Below the pieces are notes generated by a model. The model searched no databases. It worked only from the letters and a program-made list of their open reading frames with translations, and was not told where the DNA came from. Shown piece after piece: positions 30,084 through 38,300 of a stretch of 64,000 bases of DNA (position 1 is the stretch's first letter; each line of letters starts with the position of its first letter). Both the position numbers and the translations under genes were made by a program. This DNA comes from an uncultured Actinomycetota bacterium (lineage in GTDB: Bacteria; Actinomycetota; Actinomycetes; JACCUZ01), in the NCBI GenBank assembly GCA_963839955.1, contig CAWIXB010000001.1, positions 1,235,666 to 1,299,665 on the forward strand. Reading direction: 5' to 3'.

Positions 30084-30875
30084 TCAGACCCGGCGCAGCA
30101 CCGCGGTGACCCGCCCGAGGATGGTCGCGTCGTCGCCCGGGATCGGCTCGTACGCCGGGTTGTGCGGCACCAGCGACACGTGGCCCCCGCGGCGCTGGAA
30201 CGTCTTGACCGTCGCCTCGCCGTCGATCATGGCCGCCACGATCTCGCCGCTCTCGGCGACGGGCTGCTGGCGCACGACGACCCAGTCGCCGTCGCAGATC
30301 GCGGCGTCGACCATCGAGTCACCACGCACCTGGAGCAGGAACAGGGTGCCGTCGCCGACCACCTGCTTGGGCAGCGGGAAGACGTCCTCGACGGCCTCCT
30401 CGGCGAGGATCGGGCCGCCGGCCGCGATGCGGCCGACGAGCGGGACGTAGGCCGCCGCGGGCCGTGCGTCACCGCTGCCGGTCTCGTCGTAGGCCTCAGG
30501 CTCCGGCGCGGGAGGGGCGGGCGCGTCGGCCGCGTCGAGCGGCATGACCTCGATGGCGCGGGGCCGGTTGGCGTCGCGGCGCAGGAAGCCCTTGCGCTCG
30601 AGCGTGGCGAGCTGGTGGGAGACGCTCGACGAGCTGGTCAGGCCGACGGCCTCGCCGATCTCACGCATGCTCGGGGGATAGCCGCGGCGCTCGACGGAGC
30701 TGCGGATGACCTCCAGCACCTTGCGCTGCCGGGGCGTCAGCCCGTTGCTGTCGGGCGGGCCGTCCGCGATCTCGGTGACCGTGGCGCCGTCGCTGGCCTG
30801 GCGCCCTCCGGTGGCCCGCGTGCCACGCCGACGGGTGGTGCTGCCGCCTGTTCCGCTGTCCTCACGCCTGACCAC
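30084..30875 (-). CDS. lexA: LexA repressor (SOS regulator) with an actinobacterial N-terminal extension
   Basis: The HTH region is [34 protein letters not shown]. The Ala-Gly cleavage site and the S24 peptidase Ser and Lys motifs are present ([13 protein letters not shown]…, …VKTFQRR). Confidence 0.9.
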   Translation of the reverse strand: MVRREDSGTGGSTTRRRGTRATGGRQASDGATVTEIADGPPDSNGLTPRQRKVLEVIRSSVERRGYPPSMREIGEAVGLTSSSSVSHQLATLERKGFLRRDANRPRAIEVMPLDAADAPAPPAPEPEAYDETGSGDARPAAAYVPLVGRIAAGGPILAEEAVEDVFPLPKQVVGDGTLFLLQVRGDSMVDAAICDGDWVVVRQQPVAESGEIVAAMIDGEATVKTFQRRGGHVSLVPHNPAYEPIPGDDATILGRVTAVLRRV

Positions 30876-30953
30876 GTGGTGCCTCCCTTGCCTGCCGGCC
30901 CACGCTCGGCCGGTTCTCCGTCGGGGCTGACGCTAGCGATCCGCGGGCTCGGA

Positions 30954-30971
30954 TTCAAACATTTGTTCGAA
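30954..30971. promoter_or_regulatory. SOS box (LexA operator), 1 mismatch to TCGAAC-N4-GTTCGA, upstream of lexA
   Basis: Read directly: ttCAAACatttGTTCGAa. It lies about 80 bp upstream of the lexA start. Confidence 0.65.
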
Positions 30972-31023
30972 CGAGTCTGGATTTTGTCGGTGGCGTCGGG
31001 TAGAACTTCGTACAGACGTTCGA

Positions 31024-31039
31024 TCGAACACCCGTTCGA
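31024..31039. promoter_or_regulatory. perfect SOS box TCGAACacccGTTCGA, 40 bp upstream of the divergent LysM gene
   Basis: Read directly. It exactly matches the actinobacterial LexA consensus. Overlapping GTTCGATCGAAC and GTTCGATGAAC palindromes flank it. Confidence 0.8.
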
Positions 31040-31078
31040 TGAACAGGTGTCGCTGAACCTATCGCAAGGGAGGACGCG

Positions 31079-31465
31079 ATGAGCTCGCTGACCGCCATCC
31101 GGGTGGGCCACGTGGCGGCGCGGCCCAGGCTGGCGCTGGTCCCGCCGTGCCCGCCCGCTCCGCCGCGGCCCGCGCCGGCGCTGCGCCTGACCCGGCGCGG
31201 CCGGCTGGTGGTCGCCCTGGCGCTGGTCGCGCTCGCGGTGCTCACCGGGATGCTGGCGGGCGCGCCGGCCGCTGCCGGGGGGTCCGGGCGCGCTGCGGTG
31301 GCCGAGCGGGTCACTGTGGCACCGGGCGAGACGCTGTGGCAGATCGCCGAGCGGGTCAGCCCGTCGGCCGACCCGCGTGACACGGTCGCGCGCATCCAGG
31401 AGCTCAACGGTCTCGACTCCAGCACCGTCGCGGCGGGCAGAGCGCTGCTCGTTCCGACGGGCTGA
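31079..31465 (+). CDS. chiZ: LysM-domain membrane protein, ChiZ-like (counterpart of the SOS-induced cell-wall hydrolase Rv2719c), divergent from lexA
   Basis: The 128-aa ORF has a GGGAGGA RBS, a TM segment (LVVALALVALAVLTGMLAG) and a C-terminal LysM motif (VAPGETLWQIAERV…ARIQELNGLDSSTVAAGRALLVP). Confidence 0.7.
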   Translation: MSSLTAIRVGHVAARPRLALVPPCPPAPPRPAPALRLTRRGRLVVALALVALAVLTGMLAGAPAAAGGSGRAAVAERVTVAPGETLWQIAERVSPSADPRDTVARIQELNGLDSSTVAAGRALLVPTG

Positions 31466-31526
31466 CCGGCCGACACGCCGGGAGCCCCGGCGAGCGGTCA
31501 GTACGAGAGGTCGGGCGGCACGGCCG

Positions 31527-32252
31527 TCAGTGACAGCCGTCGGGTGCCGCGGGGCACGAGCTGCCGAGAGCGAGGTCGGCCAGCGCGGCCCAGGTGTTCT
31601 CCTCGGCGGCCGACCCGCTGCCGACCTGGGTGATGCTGACGCCCTCCAGGGCGAGCACGATCGCGGTCTCGCGACCCGAGGGACCGCTGCGGGTCAGGCT
31701 TGCGCCCACCTCGCCGAGCATCAGGTCCTCGGCGCTCGCCCAGCCGCACGCCTTCAGTCGGCTGGCCAGTCGCGGCACGGCCCGCTGGGCGGCCGCGGCA
31801 TCGTGGTGCGTGGCAACCGTCTGCACCAGCCGTCCGCCTGCGCTGTCGAGCACCGACGAGCGAACGGCGAGCGCGCCGCGCGGCGCGGGGGCTGCGCAGC
31901 GGTCGGGCTCGCCGCCCGCTGTCCAGGCGCCACCGGCGACGCTGGCCACGGTCTCCGCGTCCAGCAGGGCGCGTCGCGGCACCACGGTCTTGGGGGCGAG
32001 CCGTTCCTCGGCGACGGGGGGCGCCGACGGGTCGTCGGGCTCCTCGGTCGGCAGGCCCAGGTCGGCCGCAGCGGAGGGGTCGGCGGGCGCGTCTGCGCCC
32101 ATCGAGGCGTCGTCGGCCTCGGTGGACGGTGCGGCCGTCGACTCCGCCGCAGCCGCTGCGACCGGCTTGACCGGCTCGGTGCCCGCCGCGCAACCCGTCA
32201 GCAGCAGGGCCACGGCGCAACCGCCGGCCGCGAGCGCTCTCGTCCCACGCAT
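31527..32252 (-). CDS. lipoprotein of unknown function (lipobox LLTGC; Ala/Pro/Asp/Glu-rich linker, then a roughly 150-aa globular domain)
   Basis: ATG 32252 gives MRGTRALAAGGCAVALLLTGCAAG. The gene lies 8 bp downstream of the M15-repeat gene on the same strand and is probably co-transcribed with it. Confidence 0.6.
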   Translation of the reverse strand: MRGTRALAAGGCAVALLLTGCAAGTEPVKPVAAAAAESTAAPSTEADDASMGADAPADPSAAADLGLPTEEPDDPSAPPVAEERLAPKTVVPRRALLDAETVASVAGGAWTAGGEPDRCAAPAPRGALAVRSSVLDSAGGRLVQTVATHHDAAAAQRAVPRLASRLKACGWASAEDLMLGEVGASLTRSGPSGRETAIVLALEGVSITQVGSGSAAEENTWAALADLALGSSCPAAPDGCH

Positions 32253-32260
32253 GCCCGAGC

Positions 32261-34213
32261 TCAGCTCCCGTTCACCGGCGTGACCGTCAGGGCCACCGTG
32301 CCAGCGTTGTCCCAGAAGCGCGTGTCGGCCAGGGTCAGGCGGACGGGACCGGTCTGTGACTGCGTGAGCTCCAGTGCGTACCGGTGCCCGGCCGCGTCGC
32401 AGCTGCCGCTCCCGCTGACCGGGCGCCAGTCGAGCACCCGGTTGTTGACCTTGACGTCGCCCAGCGCGTTGCCCCGGTCGTCGACGAGACTGTCCCGGAA
32501 GTTGCGCCACGTGGGGTCGGTCGAGGTGACCGAGCATTCGGCGTCCGCGGTGACGCCTGACCGGAACGTGTACGTCCCGGTCGCTGTCACGCGAAGCCGC
32601 TGACCGGCCTGGTAGACGCGCGCCGAGCTGACGCCGTCCTCCTCGGTGGCATCGAGTGTGACCGACTCGGTGCCGGTCGGCGCCTTGACGCGGACCAGCG
32701 AGACGGCGAGGGCGCCCTTGTTGTCGGTGGGGCTCGGGTCGTCGACGCGCAGGTTCACCGGCCGGGTCTGCTGCGGGCGCAGCGTCATCCGGTAGCTGTG
32801 CCCGGTCGTGTCGCACTGGGTGCTGCCATCCGGCACGACGGGGTCGAGGCCGACGTCGTTGCGGTCGAGCAGCAGATCGAGGTCGTCCCGGTCCGTTGCT
32901 CCAGGAGTGACCGAGCGGTTCCGGCGCCACGTCGTGTCCGAGGCAGTCGCCGAGCACTCGGCATCGGCGTTGACGCCGTTGCCCGCGTTGACGGCGCCGG
33001 TCACGGTGGCGACATACGTCGCACCGGCGACCAGGGAGCCGGGGCTGAGCACGCCGGCACCGGCGTTGGCCGGCACCGAGAAGTGCAGCTCGTCCTTGGG
33101 CGTCGGGCGCAGCACGCGGATCACAAGCGACCCGGAGTTGTCCGAGTAGTAGCCGGGCTCCCACACCTTGAACGTCACCCGGCCGGTGCGGCTCGGGGTG
33201 AAGGTCTGACGGTACGTGTGAGTGGCGGTGTCGCAGCCGTCGCCTGCGTCGCGGTCGGCACTCGAGCCGAGGTCGACGCCGTCGACGTACAGGTCGAGGT
33301 GGTCAGCGTTCGGCGACTTCTTGTGCACCGAGCGGTTGCGCTGCCATGTGCTCGCAGCCGTGGAGCGCGAGCACTCCGCGTCGGCGTTCGCATAGGTGCC
33401 GGTGCCGTACTTGTACTTTCCCGCGACCTCGAGCACGTAGTTCTCGCCCTTGGTCAGGGAGCCGGTGGTCGTGACGCCGGTGGACTTGTTGGCGAGCAGG
33501 CGAACGGTCTCGTCCTGCAGGACCGGGCCGGCGGGCAACGAGGTCGCCGGGCGTGGCTCGGCCTTCGGCGTCGCCGGTCCCGTCGGCGGGACAGTCGGCT
33601 TGGGGGCGGGCTTGGCCGGGGGCGGGGTCACGACGCCGCCCTTGCCGGTCCAGAACGATGTGTTCTTGCGCGCGCCCTTCCAGCCGAAGGAGATGTGCAC
33701 GTGGTCGGTGTGCGGGTTCGAACCGGTGTACGTGCGCCAGACCGTCGGGCGCGAGGCGCTCCAGATGCGCTTGTTCCAGATCACGTACATGATCCCGGTG
33801 CGGCGGGCCATGGCGTACTTGTTCCCGTACTTGTCCGTCTTGAGGAGCCAGGTCTTGAAGCTCTCGACCTTGGCGCGCCCGGACGCGGTCTTGGCGTTGA
33901 CGCCCCAGTCGAAGGCGCGGCCTTCCTTGTGCTCCGACTTGCCGCCGATCCGGCAGGCCCGGACGATTCCCAGGCTGCGGGTGCCCGGGTAGGCGCGCAG
34001 CAGCCGCTTCGAGAAGTCCGCGACACCCGGCTTGGCCGCCGGCGAGCAGGTGGACTGCGAGGCGTAGCCGGTCAGCCCCTCGATCGCGCGCGGGTAGCTC
34101 GAGCGCGCCGCCGTGATCCCGGCGTCGGCAGGGCCCACGACGCTGAAGGCGGTCAGGGTGGCGAGGAGGACAGCGAGAACGCGGCTGCCGGTCCGGCGGT
34201 GACTCTCGGGCAC
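32261..34213 (-). CDS. secreted multidomain protein: an N-terminal LAS/M15-like zinc peptidase domain, a Pro-rich linker and three copies of an uncharacterised Cys-containing repeat domain of about 110 aa
   Basis: A GTG start at 34213 has a GGAG RBS and a signal peptide. The SxHxxGxAxD motif is SEHKEGRAFDW and the HxH motif is HTDHVHISF. The linker is PPPAKPAPKPTVPPTGPATPKAEPRPATS. The repeats carry …NADAECS…TW(Q/R)RNRSV…G(D/S)x(Q/G)CDTxxHxYR… three times. Confidence 0.65.
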   Translation of the reverse strand: MPESHRRTGSRVLAVLLATLTAFSVVGPADAGITAARSSYPRAIEGLTGYASQSTCSPAAKPGVADFSKRLLRAYPGTRSLGIVRACRIGGKSEHKEGRAFDWGVNAKTASGRAKVESFKTWLLKTDKYGNKYAMARRTGIMYVIWNKRIWSASRPTVWRTYTGSNPHTDHVHISFGWKGARKNTSFWTGKGGVVTPPPAKPAPKPTVPPTGPATPKAEPRPATSLPAGPVLQDETVRLLANKSTGVTTTGSLTKGENYVLEVAGKYKYGTGTYANADAECSRSTAASTWQRNRSVHKKSPNADHLDLYVDGVDLGSSADRDAGDGCDTATHTYRQTFTPSRTGRVTFKVWEPGYYSDNSGSLVIRVLRPTPKDELHFSVPANAGAGVLSPGSLVAGATYVATVTGAVNAGNGVNADAECSATASDTTWRRNRSVTPGATDRDDLDLLLDRNDVGLDPVVPDGSTQCDTTGHSYRMTLRPQQTRPVNLRVDDPSPTDNKGALAVSLVRVKAPTGTESVTLDATEEDGVSSARVYQAGQRLRVTATGTYTFRSGVTADAECSVTSTDPTWRNFRDSLVDDRGNALGDVKVNNRVLDWRPVSGSGSCDAAGHRYALELTQSQTGPVRLTLADTRFWDNAGTVALTVTPVNGS

Positions 34214-34588
34214 GGCGATTACTCCGGGTTCTTCGAGTGGAGAGAAGGCCCACGGTTCGCGGTCGCCCTCTTGCTGTCTCCAGAGCCTTCGGGGCCTCCC
34301 CGCGGGTACATGCACCACGAACGGGCAAAGGCGGCCGCTCTCCGCGTGGGCGTCGTCCGGGGACCACCTGATCGGCGGTCAACCTTTCGGTCAGCCAAGG
34401 CGTCGTCGCGCCGTGGGCACCTCGGATCCAGGCGGGATGTGCGCGACACGCCGGGCCCCCAGGACCCCCGATGATCGTCCGCAGGGCGCTGACCTGCAGC
34501 GATGCGGTGCCGCCCGTGCCGGGGGCGGAGATCCCGCAGATGGAGGGCCCGAACCACTTGCACATCTGGTGGTGAGAGGCCTACCGTT

Positions 34589-34634
34589 CCACTACATCTT
34601 GTGAATGACAGCGATGTAGTTATCCACATGTGGT
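34589..34634. promoter_or_regulatory. candidate NrdR boxes upstream of nrdR-nrdJ
   Basis: cCACTACATCTTGTGa (34589-34604) gives a 12/14 match to the consensus acaCwAtATaTwGtgt. A second site, ATGTAGTtatCCACATGTGG, has a palindromic core. They lie 95-140 bp upstream of the nrdR ATG. Confidence 0.45.
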
Positions 34635-34729
34635 CCCCAGGCATTCGGGGGTTGTGCACCGCTCGTGCACACCGTCCCGCACAGGCGGGTCCACAGGTGG
34701 ACCGCACGGAGACCTGAGGGGAGGCCGCG

Positions 34730-35263
34730 ATGCACTGCCCGTTCTGCCGCCACACCGACAGTCGCGTCGTCGACTCCCGGGCCACCGACGACGGCACCGC
34801 GATCCGCCGCCGCCGCCAGTGCCCCGAGTGCGCCCGGCGGTTCACCACGGTCGAGACCGCGAGCCTGTCGGTGACCAAGCGCTCCGGTGCGAGCGAGCCG
34901 TTCAGCCGCGACAAGGTGCTGGCCGGCGTCCGCAAGGCGTGCCAGGGCCGCCCGGTCACCGAGGACGACCTGGCGCTGCTCGCCCAGCGGGTCGAGGAGG
35001 CCGTGCGGGCCAGCGGGGTCGCCGAGATCGAGGCCCACGAGGTCGGCATGGCGGTCCTGGCGCCGCTGCGTGAGCTCGACGAGGTCGCCTACCTCCGGTT
35101 CGCCTCGGTCTACCGCGCCTTCGACGACCTGGAGGCGTTCGAGTCGGAGATCGCGCTTCTCCGTGCGGAGCACGAATTGGGGGACAGTGCGGAGAACGAC
35201 CTGGGGGCGGAGCACGAGCTGGGGGCAGAGACGGCGGGCCCGCCGCCGTACGAGAAAACCTGA
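34730..35263 (+). CDS. nrdR: transcriptional repressor NrdR (zinc ribbon plus ATP-cone)
   Basis: [17 protein letters not shown]…[10 protein letters not shown] is the zinc ribbon. An ATP-cone follows it. Confidence 0.95.
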   Translation: MHCPFCRHTDSRVVDSRATDDGTAIRRRRQCPECARRFTTVETASLSVTKRSGASEPFSRDKVLAGVRKACQGRPVTEDDLALLAQRVEEAVRASGVAEIEAHEVGMAVLAPLRELDEVAYLRFASVYRAFDDLEAFESEIALLRAEHELGDSAENDLGAEHELGAETAGPPPYEKT

Positions 35264-35347
35264 GAAGTACGCCGGACAGGGCCGCTCGGGCGGCATGACT
35301 GTCGGTGCCGGACTGTTGAATCTAGAGCAGGTTGTGGGAGGAGCGAG

Positions 35348-38300
35348 ATGACGGAGACGTCGCACGACAAGCCGCAGGTCGTCCAGGGGGGCGCCGGCGG
35401 GCGCAAGGCTGCCAAGAAGCTCACGGTCGAACGCATCTACACGACCGAGGGCGTGCACCCCTATGACGAGGTGACCTGGGAGCGCCGCGACGTCGTCCAG
35501 CAGAACTGGAAGACCGGCGAGACGATCTTCGAGCAGCGCGGGGTCGAGTTCCCCGACTTCTGGTCGCTCAACGCGTCCACGATCGTCACGACCAAGTACT
35601 TCCGCGGCGCGGTCAACACCGAGGCCCGCGAGACCAGCCTGCGCCAGCTCATCGACCGCGTCGTGAAGACCTACCGCGCGGCCGGCGAGGAGCACCACTA
35701 CTTCGCGACTCCTGACGACGCCGAGGTGTTCGAGCACGAGCTCACCTGGGCGCTGCTCCACCAGGTCTTCTCGTTCAACTCACCGGTGTGGTTCAACGTC
35801 GGGACCTCGAGCCCGCAGCAGGTCTCGGCGTGTCAGCCCTACGACGCCCTCGTCTCGACGCCGGCCGGGCTCGTGCCCATCGGCAAACTTGTCGAGGACG
35901 ATGCCGTGGGCGCGAAGGTCTACGACGCCCATGGCCTCACACGCATCGTTGCCACCAAAGACAACGGTGTGAAGGATGTGCTGCGCCTGCACACGAAGGC
36001 CGGTTACGCACTCGATGTCACGGCCGACCACCTGGTCTGGAAGTCGAGCGGCGACGGCACAGGTGCCTTCGTGCCGGCAGGCACGCTGGCAGCCGGCGAC
36101 AAGCTTGAATGGCACCGCCGCGACGCCTATGGCGAGTCCGAGATCGACCTGCGCGAGATTTACGAGGCGGCCCTCGCGGGCTGGATGCAGTCGGACGGGT
36201 TCGTCGGGCAGTACTCCGGCACGAACCGTTCTCTCACACTCGAGGCGATGACGGTTACGGCCGCTGAACTGGCCTGGGTGACCGAAGCAATCGACGGCGT
36301 GTTCCCCGGCGCACATCGACACGAGCGACCGGTCGTCACGCAGAGCGAGACATTGGACTGCCGGCGGACTCGGCTTTATGGCAACCACCTCAAGCCATTC
36401 GTCAGGCGATGGGGGCTGCTCGACCGTGGCGTGGACATGGTGGTGCCGCCGCAGCTCTTTCAAGCGCCGCTGCCAGTCGTTGCTGCTTACCTGCGCAGCG
36501 TCTTCCAAGCGGAAGGGTTCGTGTCTCCCCGATCGGCGTCGACCGTCGTCGAGGTCGACATGATCTCGGAGCAGCTCATCCGAGGCATGCAGTCGCTGCT
36601 CCTTCGATTCGGCATCTTCGCGTGCGTGGGTTTCAAGAAGGATCCGCGTGAGGACCGCAAGGGCTGCTGGTCACTGCGGATCCAAAACGAGGGCGATCGC
36701 AAGGCGTTCCAGACCGAGATCGGTTTCATCGACCCGGAGAAGGCCGACAAGCTGACTCGTAGCTTTGACATGCCGGGTCGGGCCTCGCAGCCCACGAAGC
36801 GGCTGGAGGTCGCCCAAATCGAGTCGCTCGGGGCGATGAATGTCTACGACATCCAAACCGAGTCCGGTGAGTACCTCTCCGGCAACCTTCGGGTGCACAA
36901 CTGTTTCATCCTGGCCGTCGATGACACGATGGACTCGATCCTGAACTGGTACCGCGAGGAGGGCCTGATCTTCAAGGGCGGCTCCGGCGCCGGCCTCAAC
37001 CTCTCGCGCATCCGCTCGTCCAAGGAGCTTCTGTCCTCCGGCGGCACCGCCTCCGGCCCGGTCTCGTTCATGCGCGGTGCCGACGCGAGCGCGGGCACGA
37101 TCAAGTCGGGCGGCGCGACCCGGCGTGCGGCGAAGATGGTCGTCCTTGACGTCGACCACCCCGACATCGAGGAGTTCGTCGAGACGAAGGCGCGCGAGGA
37201 GAACAAGATCCGGGCGCTGCGTGACGCCGGGTTCGACATGGACCTCGGTGGCAAGGACATCCACTCCGTGCAGTACCAGAACGCCAACAACTCGGTGCGG
37301 GTCACCGACGAGTTCATGCGGGCGGTCGAGCAGGGCGAGGATTTCGGCCTGCGCGCGCGTGGCTCCGGCGACGTCGTCGAGACCGTCGACGCGCGCGAGC
37401 TGTGGAAGAAGATCGCCATGGCGGCGTGGGAGTGCGCCGACCCCGGCATCCAGTACGACGACACGATCAACGACTGGCACACCAACCCCGAGACCGGTCG
37501 CATCACCGCGAGCAACCCGTGCTTCCCGGCCGACCAGCGCGTCGTCACGGACAAGGGTCTCGTCCCGATCGGGGAGCTCGTCCAGCGGGCGGCGACCGGT
37601 GAGGCCTTCGAGGTCTACACGAACGACGTCACATCCCAGGACGACGCTGTTTCTCGGGTTGTCGCGAGTCGCCCGGTCCGCTACATGGTCACGGGCACGA
37701 ACGAGATCCTCGAGTTGCGCTTCTCCGACGGTTCTCGCCTGCGCTGCACGCCCGGTCACCGGCTGTGGACGCGTAACCGGGGATGGGTGCACGCCGAGGA
37801 CCTCGACGCCGCGGACGAGCTCGTCCGCTCCTTCGAATACGCAGGGCGTTCCATGGCCTCCCTCGCCCTTCCCCTCGCAGCGCGGGACGTGGCGCGTCGG
37901 GCGGCGAGGCTGTCCCTTCCGGTGAAGTGGGATGAGGACATCGCTCACTACCTCGGCTGGATCACCGGGGACGGATGCCTCACGGCGACGACGGCCACCA
38001 CCGTCTACGGGAATAAGCAAGAGCAGCGTGACGTACTGCCGCGTCATTCGAAGTTGCTCGCTGGGTGGACCGGGTTCGACGCCAAGCCGAGCCTGCAGGC
38101 CAATTCTACCCAGCAGTTGAGGTCGGCCAAGAAGGATGTCGTGTCCTTCTTGCAGGGCCTCGGCATCACGTCCGGCAGAGCTGGGGACAAGAGGGTGCCG
38201 ACCTCGATCTACGAGGCGCCTGAGGATGCACTCGTGGCCTTCCTGCAGGGACTGTTCGACGCCGACGGCTGCGTCGTCGACCAGGCGGCCAACGGTACCC

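Noticed and set aside
34214-34600. ydaO (c-di-AMP) riboswitch in the long leader of the M15-repeat peptidase gene
   Set aside because: Only loose GGGGA/CCCCG elements are seen and there is no convincing match to the conserved ydaO helices by eye. It needs an Infernal search, so it is not called.
35264-35347. Cobalamin riboswitch upstream of nrdJ
   Set aside because: The 85-nt gap after nrdR is too short for a riboswitch and lacks a B12-box. In actinobacteria the B12 riboswitch controls nrdAB, not nrdJ.
34592-35761. 389-aa minus-strand ORF covering nrdR
   Set aside because: It is antisense to the unmistakable NrdR gene.
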